Source of the DNA: Chlorobiota bacterium | Lineage (GTDB): Bacteria > Bacteroidota > Ignavibacteria > Kapaibacteriales > UBA2268 | Reading direction: 5' to 3' | DNA length: 64,000 nucleotides | NCBI GenBank assembly: GCA_041596515.1 | Contig: JBFHIJ010000003.1 | Location: forward strand, 82,945 to 146,944 | In this document: in pieces, positions 19,926 through 28,642 of the stretch | Layout: each line of letters starts with the position of its first letter | How positions within the stretch are numbered: the first letter of the stretch is position 1 | Notes under the pieces: generated by a model | What the model saw: the letters and a program-made list of their open reading frames with translations, nothing else | What the model was told of the DNA's origin: nothing | Database searches by the model: none | Program-made: the position numbers and the translations under genes

Positions 19926-20425
19926 CTAAAACATAAAATACGAATTGTGTTAAAGTGGAGTTCGCACAAAACACATAAATCTAAAGAAGGTGAGTAAACT
20001 TGTATTTTGAAAAGAAGAATAAAGATAATAAATGATTACGTTAACGCTTATATTCCTTTGATTATTTATAATCCCCAAAAGCCTATGAGCTATAAGACAT
20101 TATAAATAAAAACTACCTATTATGGTTGACAAATGCTACTTTTCGCACACCTTAACTTCCAGCTTTGTTCCTCGAATGAAAATATAGTATATTGATAAAC
20201 TTGCAATATTGAGCGATATTGCATATATTAAAACATGAAATGTAATCATGCATTTTTATCATAAAAAGACCTCTATTAGAAGTATTACTTCAATATTTTA
20301 CTTTCCCATTGTCCCTAAAAAGATTGCGTATCATCTTCAGTAGGGTGAAATGGGTTAAATATTCTGTGTCTTTGTATATTCCTCAACTTGATATATTTTT
20401 TTATACAATACAAAAAGGTGGAGAA

Positions 20426-20935
20426 ATGGCCAGAAAAGAAAAAAGCATCGAATTATTAAACAAAGCGATTTCTGATGAGCTTACAGCAGTGCATCAGTAT
20501 ATGTACTTTCATTTTCATTGCGATGACCAAAGTTATGACTTATTAGCTCAGCTTTTCAAAATGACTGCTATTCAAGAAATGATGCATATTGAGATGTTAG
20601 CTGAAAGAGTTCTATTCCTGAAAGGGGAAGTAGAGATGACGACTTCTGAACCAGTTAAAAAAATTCACAATATAAGAGAAATGTTAGAAATTGCAGTTAA
20701 AATGGAAGAAGATAGTGCTACTGATTATAACTTGTGGGCTAATGAGTGCTCTGCAAATGCAGATTCCGTATCTAAAAAACTTTTTGAGTCTTTAGTTGAA
20801 GATGAAGAAAAGCACGGAGATCAATTTGATGTAGAATTAGAAAACTTAAGTAAATTTGGGGATAACTATCTTGCATTGCAATCTATTGAAAGAAGTAAAA
20901 CTATTTCAATGGCCGGAATGCCTCCAAAAGCGTAA
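20426..20935 (+). CDS. bfr: bacterioferritin / ferritin-like di-iron protein
   Basis: GGTGGAG RBS before ATG 20426. Four-helix ferritin ligand pattern (DELTAVHQY, IQEMMHIE, EEDSATDY, EDEEKHGD). Confidence 0.8.
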   Translation: MARKEKSIELLNKAISDELTAVHQYMYFHFHCDDQSYDLLAQLFKMTAIQEMMHIEMLAERVLFLKGEVEMTTSEPVKKIHNIREMLEIAVKMEEDSATDYNLWANECSANADSVSKKLFESLVEDEEKHGDQFDVELENLSKFGDNYLALQSIERSKTISMAGMPPKA

Positions 20936-20975
20936 TATTTTTTATTAGTATTGTTTGATAGACGCTAAAATCTAC

Positions 20976-21010
20976 AGAGGCACAATGTTTATTGTGTCTC
21001 TTATTTTTTT
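20976..21010 (+). terminator. rho-independent terminator of bfr
   Basis: AGAGGCACAAT / ATTGTGTCTCT stem followed by TATTTTTTT. Confidence 0.7.
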
Positions 21011-21041
21011 GCTTTCGTAGTACTTGCTTTGTAATATCTTT

Positions 21042-21914
21042 CTATTTCTCTCTTAGCACTTTCATTTGTATGAGTGAGAAGACTATTAATATCATAAATA
21101 GAGTGTAAGCAATAGCTGAGGCGTATCCCATCAAATCAGACTCTTTAAAGGCATTTTCGTACACTTGGTATACTAATGTGGTCGTAGAGTGTAAAGGCCC
21201 TCCCTTGGTCATTACAAACACTTCTACAAAGACCTGAAAAGACTTGATGCTATTGATAATTAACACAAACATTAGAGTTGGCCGCAGTAGAGGGAAAGTT
21301 ATTTCCCAGAATTGCCTCATGGGAGATGCACCGCTTAGCTCAGCGGCTTCATATAAATCATTTGAAATAGTTTGCATGCCGGCAAGAAAAAGTACCATAT
21401 AGTAACCCGATGCCATCCAGATATCCATTGCCATGATAGACATGAGCGAGGTAGAAGGTTCTGCCAGCCACCCCCTTTCCGTTCCGCTAAAGCCAAGCAT
21501 CTGCACAAGTGAATTTACATAACCATCTATTGAGTAAAGATTAGTAAAAATCAGTGCAATCACGACCAAAGCGGTTACCGATGGCATAAAATAAGCTGCA
21601 CGAAAAAAATCTTTCAGTCTAATAAACTTCTTATTCAGCACATTAGCCATAAATATTGCTAAAGCAGTAGTTATAGGCACGCTACCAAGAGTAAAGATGC
21701 TGGTATTAGTAAGTGCTTTCCAAAACAACTCATCGCTAAGCATATTTTTATAATTATCTAAACCTACCCAAAAAGCTTCCCCGGTTAAAGTATTATACTC
21801 AGTCATGCTCATATAAGCAGAGTACAAAAGCGGATAAAACCAAAAGACTAGAAAAGTAAGAAGCCATGGCAAGAGCATAATTAAGGTATTGAGCTTAGAT
21901 TTTGCATTGTTCAT
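21042..21914 (-). CDS. carbohydrate-type ABC transporter permease (MalF/UgpA-like), orphan
   Basis: Six hydrophobic segments. EAA loop EAAELSGASPMRQFWEITFPLLRP. No partner permease, binding protein or ATPase nearby. Confidence 0.8.
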   Translation of the reverse strand: MNNAKSKLNTLIMLLPWLLTFLVFWFYPLLYSAYMSMTEYNTLTGEAFWVGLDNYKNMLSDELFWKALTNTSIFTLGSVPITTALAIFMANVLNKKFIRLKDFFRAAYFMPSVTALVVIALIFTNLYSIDGYVNSLVQMLGFSGTERGWLAEPSTSLMSIMAMDIWMASGYYMVLFLAGMQTISNDLYEAAELSGASPMRQFWEITFPLLRPTLMFVLIINSIKSFQVFVEVFVMTKGGPLHSTTTLVYQVYENAFKESDLMGYASAIAYTLFMILIVFSLIQMKVLREK

Positions 21915-22513
21915 CAGGCAAAGTGCTCCATCAGCATTTTATATAACAGTTGCAAAGGGAGACCTACTATGTTATAGTAGCACCCTTCTATTCTATTTAC
22001 AAACACAGCTCCAAAGTCATCCTGGATGCCATAAGCGCCGGCTTTGTCCATTGGTGAGCCTGTAGCGACATAAGCATCTATCTCACTATCGCATAACTCA
22101 CGAAAACTTACTTCGGTAGCTTCATAACTTACATTGCCCTTATCCGCAAAGCTGTCATAAATGGCAACTCCTGTAAAAACAGTATGCGTGTTATCACTAA
22201 GAGTTCTCAGCATTTTTTTAGCATCGTTCTCATCTAAAGGCTTTTCGAGAACGAATTCGCCTAATACGACGATGGTGTCCGATCCAATAAAAACAGCATT
22301 AGAATTACTCATATCAGCCGCAGCCTTAGCCTTCTTTGAGGCAAGCTGCATAACATACTCTGCCGGTGGCAGACAGTCCGAATTAACTTCCTCAATGCTG
22401 GCAGGCATTATAGAAAATTCCAGCCCCAACATCTCCAAGAGGAACTTGCGTCTGGGAGATTGGGAGGCAAGAATGATAGGCTTGTTTATATCAATAATCT
22501 GATTAATATTCAT
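21914..22513 (-). CDS. maf: Maf-family nucleoside triphosphate pyrophosphatase
   Basis: ILASQSPRRKFLLE and GAYGIQD motifs. Its stop overlaps the permease ATG by 1 nt (TGATG). Confidence 0.85.
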   Translation of the reverse strand: MNINQIIDINKPIILASQSPRRKFLLEMLGLEFSIMPASIEEVNSDCLPPAEYVMQLASKKAKAAADMSNSNAVFIGSDTIVVLGEFVLEKPLDENDAKKMLRTLSDNTHTVFTGVAIYDSFADKGNVSYEATEVSFRELCDSEIDAYVATGSPMDKAGAYGIQDDFGAVFVNRIEGCYYNIVGLPLQLLYKMLMEHFA

Positions 22514-22932
22514 TGCTAAAACTTGAATTATTCGGACAAAAGGAATAAAACAAAGATAGCAAATATATCTTAAACCTGTGAGGCTCTATTTGCAAAATAG
22601 GCAATAGTAATGCTCGCAGGCAATTTATATTAAAACAGCACTTTTATTTGCACACCATATTTTTGATATATCACATCTTTTGTGTTTATAACACCCGCGA
22701 AGGCTTCGAAAGTGTTATTTATCAATAGCGACATAACTTGACACGCAAGTGCCTATATTTAACAGCTATTATATCAAACAGATTGCAATTTTATACGTAT
22801 ATATAAATATAAATTATTTTTAGAATACATAAAAGAAAATCCGGTTTATTACAATTGTTTTATTTATATTATGCAATAATATTATATTCAATGCAAATAT
22901 TTTATTTGCTTTTTTGCTATTAGGAGTACATC

Positions 22933-23538
22933 ATGGGAAACGAAAACGTTTATAGATATTTTCTTTGGGCACTTGCTAGAGAATACTGGCAAGCACAGGG
23001 GAATAATGAAGAATTAGGTTCTCCTGGTACAATTGAACGATTTAATACAATCAATGACTTAAGTATTCTTAAGGTTATTAAGTTGAATTTTTTGGCTGTA
23101 GCAATGTCTCTACAGCCTGAAAATGAAGAACACAGCATATATAATAACTACTTCCGTAGTTTCAGAGCATTACAATATGGCCCCGTAGAAATGAATTTCT
23201 GGGATTTCCTTCAAGAAACAACCCCAGATGATACTATCTACTGTGATTTTGATTCTACACAAATTAATTTAAATGATCAAAGTTTTTTAGCAGTAGAAGA
23301 GGAATTGAGGAATAATTGTGAAGAAGAAGCGTCAGGTTTATCCACACGTATTGATAGAATTATCGAAATTATGAGACAAGAACATAGAGTGCTTTTTACT
23401 AAGAATGCGAACACATTAGTTGATATTACACATAAATGGGATACTTGGAAAATTCCGTTCAGAAAAGCAAAATTTTATCAAAAGAAATCATATCCAATAG
23501 AACTTAATGATTTTCAGCATTCTCCTGTTTGGAGCTAA
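22933..23538 (+). CDS. hypothetical protein (ORFan, 201 aa)
   Basis: AGGAG lies 7 nt upstream of the ATG. No signal peptide, TM helix or known motif. First gene of an AT-rich two-gene cassette. Confidence 0.5.
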   Translation: MGNENVYRYFLWALAREYWQAQGNNEELGSPGTIERFNTINDLSILKVIKLNFLAVAMSLQPENEEHSIYNNYFRSFRALQYGPVEMNFWDFLQETTPDDTIYCDFDSTQINLNDQSFLAVEEELRNNCEEEASGLSTRIDRIIEIMRQEHRVLFTKNANTLVDITHKWDTWKIPFRKAKFYQKKSYPIELNDFQHSPVWS

Positions 23539-23541
23539 AGA

Positions 23542-25770
23542 ATGATTGAAGAAGTTAATAATCAGTTTAATGGCTTATTAGCATTAGCTACATTAGATTC
23601 AAACTTTGATTTAGAAAGCCTTGATTCAGATCAAATGTACAATTCAGAATTTGTAACTAAGTTGTCTAATTTTCTGGAAAACTATAATGAAATGCTTCTG
23701 GGTAATTCTTATTATAAATTTGATCAAGTCATTCCAAAACTAGAGACAATACATAAAAAATTAGATGCGAAGTTATCAAGCTTTAAAACTTCTACTGATA
23801 ATGAAGAAGGTGCTTTAGAGTTAATACTTGAAGACATTGAAAAATTTGAGACAAAATATCGAAATGTACATGATTGTCTTAAATCAATTATTGATTTAGA
23901 GCTAAGCAAGTCAGAAACAAAAGTAGATTATCAAAATATTGTTAAAATATTGAAAAGTAAAAGGGATAATTTTGAACAAGTTCAATTAACTGAAGATGAA
24001 TACAGCTTAAAACAAATATTCAATTATATGGATGAGATTATTAGTTTAATTCCTAATAGAAATCTTGATGATCATATTCCAAACAAGACAAATGTTAATA
24101 TTTTGATAAATGAAATATTATCTATTGCAATGAATGAATCTCTTGCTCAATTACAACTACTGAGTATAATAATGCCTTTCTTGATCCAATATGCTGTTAT
24201 GCATAACAAGCGAGAAGAGCAAGAAAAGATAATCATTAATGTAAAAAATCAAGTTGTTTACTATAGAAAGTTTTTGGATATCATTAATATTATACTCAAA
24301 GATACAATTTCTGTATTAAAAAGAACCAGTGTCAAATATGATGGGAAAGTAAACCCTATTTGGAATATTCTAACTGCTTCAAAAATTATTAACATGAATG
24401 ACGAAATTATTGAATTAGATGAATATAAGATATTTGAGGACATATACAATTTTCAAACACTCATATCTCTCAATCTTCTCAATATTTCAATTGACCATAA
24501 CTTTTTCTTATATAAATTTGCTTTTGACGATAATATAGAATTGCTTAAAACTATACAGAAACAATTCGGAACTTCGAAATTTGTTTCAACCAATTTAGTT
24601 ATAAATAAGTATAAATTTTTATTGTCTAAAATCATCCAGGAATTTCAATCAAATAATGAAGAGACTGATTATATAGTTTTTGATAAAGAGAATAACTATT
24701 CAAGAATATCAGATTATAGTAATCTGAATGTAAAATTTGTACCTCCTAATAATACACAAACCTTAGATTTTAATAATCTTGATTTTCATTTGCTTAAAAG
24801 CAAAATTGATTATTATAAAAACACACTTAACCATAAAGCCTTAGAAGGAATAAGGGATAAGTTCAAGTTCTCTTTAAATAATAAAAAGTCAGAATGCATT
24901 TATAACCAATATTGTTATCAGGTAGATTTAGTTTATATATGCAACAACTTGTTTGGTAGTTTAGTAAATGAAGCTAAAGAAAAGCCAAATATTCTAATCA
25001 AAGATATTCATAAAGCCTATAAAGAATTGACAGATATCAATAAAGAATGTAATGTCAACAACTATTATATGGAGCGTAAATATTTAGAATTTTTACTAGA
25101 TGAAAGACTTGTAAATGTACAAAATGATTTTGAGTTTAAAAAGTATTATGATTTCGCAAATGACTTATTAGAAAAATTTGAGTCTAACTTAAAATGGTGT
25201 AAAGATATCAGATTTTTACCTTTTCAAATTCCCTACGAACAAACTCTATATCATGAAGAAAGTAATTCTGCAAATGTATTATCTTTAGCATCGGGTAATT
25301 CTGACCCAATAGACTATCAAAAAGAAGCAAATTTTTTGTCTAAATTTAAAAATCAAATGCAATCATTAGTTTCAATCAGAAATAATAACAAATCATTTCA
25401 AGAACTATCCACTCTTAAAGAGAAAATAAAAGACTCAGAAAAGAATTCTATCCAAATATTGAGTATCTTTTCTGCTATCGTTGTTTTTTCTGCAGGAGCG
25501 GTAGAGGTAAGTGTAGGTCTTATTAAAGGTTTGAAGGATTCAAATGCATTTTTAAATAACTTCTTGGGTATATTTTTAGGTTTTGGTGGAGCTTTATCTA
25601 TATTTGCAATGGTTATAAGTTTTGTTTTCTATAAAAGTCATAAACCAACAAAATTTGAAGTCATTAGATTATCTATCTTTACAATAATTTTATCCTTTGT
25701 TTTACTTTCTCTGATATCGTTGCATAGTGGTAAGAGTATCGCTGAATTGTTTTGTATGTTATGGAAATAA
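23542..25770 (+). CDS. hypothetical protein (ORFan, 742 aa): long helical N/K/I-rich region + 3 C-terminal TM helices
   Basis: GGAG RBS. Starts 3 nt after the upstream stop. C-terminal hydrophobic segments ILSIFSAIVVFSAGAVEVSVGLI, FLGIFLGFGGALSIFAMVISFVF, LSIFTIILSFVLLSLISL. No catalytic motif recognised. Confidence 0.55.
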   Translation: MIEEVNNQFNGLLALATLDSNFDLESLDSDQMYNSEFVTKLSNFLENYNEMLLGNSYYKFDQVIPKLETIHKKLDAKLSSFKTSTDNEEGALELILEDIEKFETKYRNVHDCLKSIIDLELSKSETKVDYQNIVKILKSKRDNFEQVQLTEDEYSLKQIFNYMDEIISLIPNRNLDDHIPNKTNVNILINEILSIAMNESLAQLQLLSIIMPFLIQYAVMHNKREEQEKIIINVKNQVVYYRKFLDIINIILKDTISVLKRTSVKYDGKVNPIWNILTASKIINMNDEIIELDEYKIFEDIYNFQTLISLNLLNISIDHNFFLYKFAFDDNIELLKTIQKQFGTSKFVSTNLVINKYKFLLSKIIQEFQSNNEETDYIVFDKENNYSRISDYSNLNVKFVPPNNTQTLDFNNLDFHLLKSKIDYYKNTLNHKALEGIRDKFKFSLNNKKSECIYNQYCYQVDLVYICNNLFGSLVNEAKEKPNILIKDIHKAYKELTDINKECNVNNYYMERKYLEFLLDERLVNVQNDFEFKKYYDFANDLLEKFESNLKWCKDIRFLPFQIPYEQTLYHEESNSANVLSLASGNSDPIDYQKEANFLSKFKNQMQSLVSIRNNNKSFQELSTLKEKIKDSEKNSIQILSIFSAIVVFSAGAVEVSVGLIKGLKDSNAFLNNFLGIFLGFGGALSIFAMVISFVFYKSHKPTKFEVIRLSIFTIILSFVLLSLISLHSGKSIAELFCMLWK

Positions 25771-26022
25771 ACATTCTTCCCCCCACCCAAAAAAAATCCC
25801 TACCAAAAATAAAATAATTTGTATTAACAGAAGTTTCTTTATATTAGAGGATTATACTGTTTATATAGTTAGGGGTAGTTATATAAATGGTTATTTCAAA
25901 AAACAGGCGGTGACTTTCCTTTTTGGTTTGCCTTGACTTTTGCGTTTTGGCTAATCCCTCAGGCTGTGGCACTCGCACATTTATAATCGACATTCACACA
26001 TATTCTTATGGAGGCGATTTTT

Positions 26023-27180
26023 ATGTATAAGTTGCTTTTATTGCTATTTATTTTATCTATGCAGTTGACTGCCTTTGCAGCTAAGCCGGTGATAGATATT
26101 GCTCCCCTTCCGAGCGACGAACGTCTGGAAATTTGGGAAGAATCTGAAGAAATCTTTACCGAAAAGGTAATGGAATACTACCATAAGGCTACTTTGCTTT
26201 ATATGCAGGCGAAACTCTCCGGCTTCGAAACCAATGAGCTGATACTTCCGCCTAGCTTTGAGCAGCTTTCCGATATGGAAATTCAAACTATTAAAGATTA
26301 CCACGCTTTGGCGATGAAATATTTCGCTATTCTCGAATCTTTGCCTGAGATTGGTAACCGTGAGCAAATCGACAAACTTCGCAAAGAACTGTTTGTGCAG
26401 ATGAATGCTAACAACGAAATGGAAAAACGTCAATACGAGCTGGCGTTGCAGCATAATGATCTGGAGTTTTATAAAAAGAACTGGAAGGCTGCTCGCGAAG
26501 AGGCTGCAAAGCTAAATCGAAAGTTAGACTCTGCCACGGCGGCTATGGATAAATATCTTATCCAGCGCGAAGGTGAAATCAGAGCCTCATACGAGCGCAA
26601 TGTTCGTAGGTTTACTCCTGTATTTTCTATTGGTGGCACTGCTAATAAGTACTATTTCCGAGAAGACGGAATTAACGATAAAATTGCTTTTGGTGGACAG
26701 ATTACTTTCAATCCTGAACCTGTATTTGGTTTTGGAAGATATTTAGAGATTTTTGGTGAGTATATTGTGCCAAGATTTGTAACTGACCAAATCACTCAGG
26801 GTGTTAAGCTTAGTGACAAATGGAACTCTCAACTGTATACTATCGGCCTAAATCTTAAATTTGATAATGTAATAGACCTAAAGGACTTTACCGGGGGCAT
26901 AAAAATAGGTGCCGGACATTTCTGGGGCAGTGGCAATTTAGATAATGTAGATTATGGAGCTGCCACTTTCGAGGGAGAAATGATAAGATTTGAGATGTTT
27001 GTAAGAAATGCAGATATATCACTTCCTTTAGAGTTGTTTGTAGCGTATAACAGCTATTTTGCATCGGAGTTCGTTTTTGATTCCCGCTTGCAATACCTAA
27101 ATTTTGGTGAGCCTCAATTTAACGTACTTACAATGGGTGTTAGACTTGCTTTATGGAAAACTCCTGTATATGATAATTAA
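26023..27180 (+). CDS. hypothetical secreted protein: helical/coiled-coil N-half + putative beta-barrel C-half
   Basis: GGAGG lies 8 nt upstream of ATG 26023. Signal peptide MYKLLLLLFILSMQLTAFA|AK. The C-terminal half shows an alternating hydrophobic beta-strand pattern. Confidence 0.55.
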   Translation: MYKLLLLLFILSMQLTAFAAKPVIDIAPLPSDERLEIWEESEEIFTEKVMEYYHKATLLYMQAKLSGFETNELILPPSFEQLSDMEIQTIKDYHALAMKYFAILESLPEIGNREQIDKLRKELFVQMNANNEMEKRQYELALQHNDLEFYKKNWKAAREEAAKLNRKLDSATAAMDKYLIQREGEIRASYERNVRRFTPVFSIGGTANKYYFREDGINDKIAFGGQITFNPEPVFGFGRYLEIFGEYIVPRFVTDQITQGVKLSDKWNSQLYTIGLNLKFDNVIDLKDFTGGIKIGAGHFWGSGNLDNVDYGAATFEGEMIRFEMFVRNADISLPLELFVAYNSYFASEFVFDSRLQYLNFGEPQFNVLTMGVRLALWKTPVYDN

Positions 27181-27192
27181 TCGGGAGATAAA

Positions 27193-28137
27193 ATGAGATA
27201 TATAATATTTACAATATTGCTTACTGTATGCCTCACAGCTCAGGATATGGAGCAGGCTATGCGTTGGATTAAACTTGGCAACACATACCGCATAAGCCAA
27301 AACTATCCTAAAGCAGGTGAATATCTTAAGAAGGGCTTAGTAGAAATACAAAACTGTGACGACTACACCGCAAGATACTGGGAAGCAGTTGCCAATGAAT
27401 ATTACGCTTACCTGTATGAAGATATAAAAATGTACAACGAAGCAAAACAGCACTTTGACAAAGCTCTTTCTATTTACGAAACAGTGATAACGCAAAAGGA
27501 TGGAAGTCCTTATGCTTTGGCGCAGGTGATTAGGCAGCGAAAATTAAGGATTGATTCTCTAATTCAAGCAGAGAGTGGACTTTTTCTGCAAGTTGTAAAA
27601 GAAGAGCCTGCCGAGCAAATTGATGAAAAGGCAAGCGCCGGAGATGATATCCAGATACCGGATACAGTGTTTTTAGAAGCAGATAGCAAATCCCTCACTT
27701 TTGATAATCAGAAGCTGAAAAGCTTTAACTTCATTATTCCTGAGAGAACAGAAACTATCTCTGCAAGGAGTAACCGCATCAAAGAGATATCACCAATGAT
27801 TACCCGTTTGCCAAATCTAAAATCACTTGATTTGGAAGATAATCGCATAAAAGATATTTCAGCGACTGTGGCGGATATGGATAAATTAGAATATCTGAAT
27901 CTATCTCGAAATAAAATCAAAGATTTGCCGGATGCAATAGGAGACATGAAAAGCCTTAAGTATCTTGATTTATCAGACAATCGTTTGAAAGAGTTGCCGG
28001 CGAACCTAAACAATCTAAAAAATCTGAAGGTTTTGGATTTGAGTAAAAACAAGATTCCATTCACCTCAGTAGAAAATCTGATAAAACAGCTCCCAAATAC
28101 TAACATAATACACGACGAATACTCGCTCGCTAAATAA
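27193..28137 (+). CDS. secreted TPR-like + leucine-rich-repeat (LRR) protein
   Basis: Signal peptide. At least 6 consecutive LRRs (LPNLKSLDLEDNRIKDI / LEYLNLSRNKIKDLP / LKYLDLSDNRLKELP / LKVLDLSKNKI). GGGAGA RBS. Confidence 0.7.
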   Translation: MRYIIFTILLTVCLTAQDMEQAMRWIKLGNTYRISQNYPKAGEYLKKGLVEIQNCDDYTARYWEAVANEYYAYLYEDIKMYNEAKQHFDKALSIYETVITQKDGSPYALAQVIRQRKLRIDSLIQAESGLFLQVVKEEPAEQIDEKASAGDDIQIPDTVFLEADSKSLTFDNQKLKSFNFIIPERTETISARSNRIKEISPMITRLPNLKSLDLEDNRIKDISATVADMDKLEYLNLSRNKIKDLPDAIGDMKSLKYLDLSDNRLKELPANLNNLKNLKVLDLSKNKIPFTSVENLIKQLPNTNIIHDEYSLAK

Positions 28138-28142
28138 AAAAC

Positions 28143-28179
28143 AGCTCGTCTTATCGCTAGAGGCGGGCTTTTATTTTTC
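28143..28179 (+). terminator. rho-independent terminator
   Basis: AGCTCGTCT / AGAGGCGGGCT stem (G:U pairs) followed by TTTATTTTT, 6 nt after the stop. Confidence 0.75.
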
Positions 28180-28344
28180 ACTCTCATGACGCACTAACAT
28201 TTCCCCGCCAGTCCTTCTCGTGATAAATGGGATGGGAGTATTTCGATTATGAGGCGTTGCTCTACTGCTTTTGAGGCTTTCAGCCTTGAAAGATCATATT
28301 ATTTCTAATAGTTGTTATCAAAAACAATTTGAGATATATGATAA

Positions 28345-28519
28345 ACCCGGATTTGTCATTAGGTGCCATTATAATTGCTGTAAATAACCGCAGAACCAAG
28401 GAGCATGCTTGCTTCCTCTATAAGAAATATTACGTAATTGCTTATTGAACAGGGTTTCGGTCCCTTGCCTTTTAATGACTTTAGAGCTTTTTTGTTTTTT
28501 CTAATGACATTTTTGGGAT
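28345..28519 (+). repeat. dispersed ~175-nt repeat family copy
   Basis: CCCGGATTTGTCATTAGG ... CTAATGACATTTTTGGGAT. In this copy the two ends are complementary over 9 nt (TGTCATTAG/CTAATGACA). Confidence 0.85.
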
Positions 28520-28586
28520 TATACCGTTCATCATCTTTCAAATGGCAAAATATGGTGGAAAGTAAGTATTGAAAAGTTTAAACTAC

Positions 28587-28615
28587 AAAAAAAGGCACAC
28601 ATTTCTGCGTGCCTT
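28587..28615 (-). terminator. rho-independent terminator of S9 peptidase gene
   Basis: AAGGCAC / GTGCCTT stem. The minus strand continues with T7. Confidence 0.7.
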
Positions 28616-28642
28616 AATAATATAACTATATTTGATATTAGT

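Noticed and set aside
20021-20040. Fur-box-like GATAATAAATGATTAC upstream of bacterioferritin
   Set aside because: It is only a partial match to the 19-bp Fur consensus. It lies about 390 nt upstream of the start in very AT-rich DNA, where such strings arise by chance.
25727-25936. 69-aa ORF overlapping the 3' end of the 742-aa gene and the downstream spacer
   Set aside because: It has no RBS, overlaps a better-supported gene and has low-complexity composition.
28359-28541. Short ORFs overlapping repeat copies (28359-28541-, 45904-46104-, 48052-48297-, 50542-50814+, 55764-55994+)
   Set aside because: The ORFs fall in different frames and strands in different copies of the same repeat, and the stop codons are not conserved. 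The repeat is therefore non-coding.
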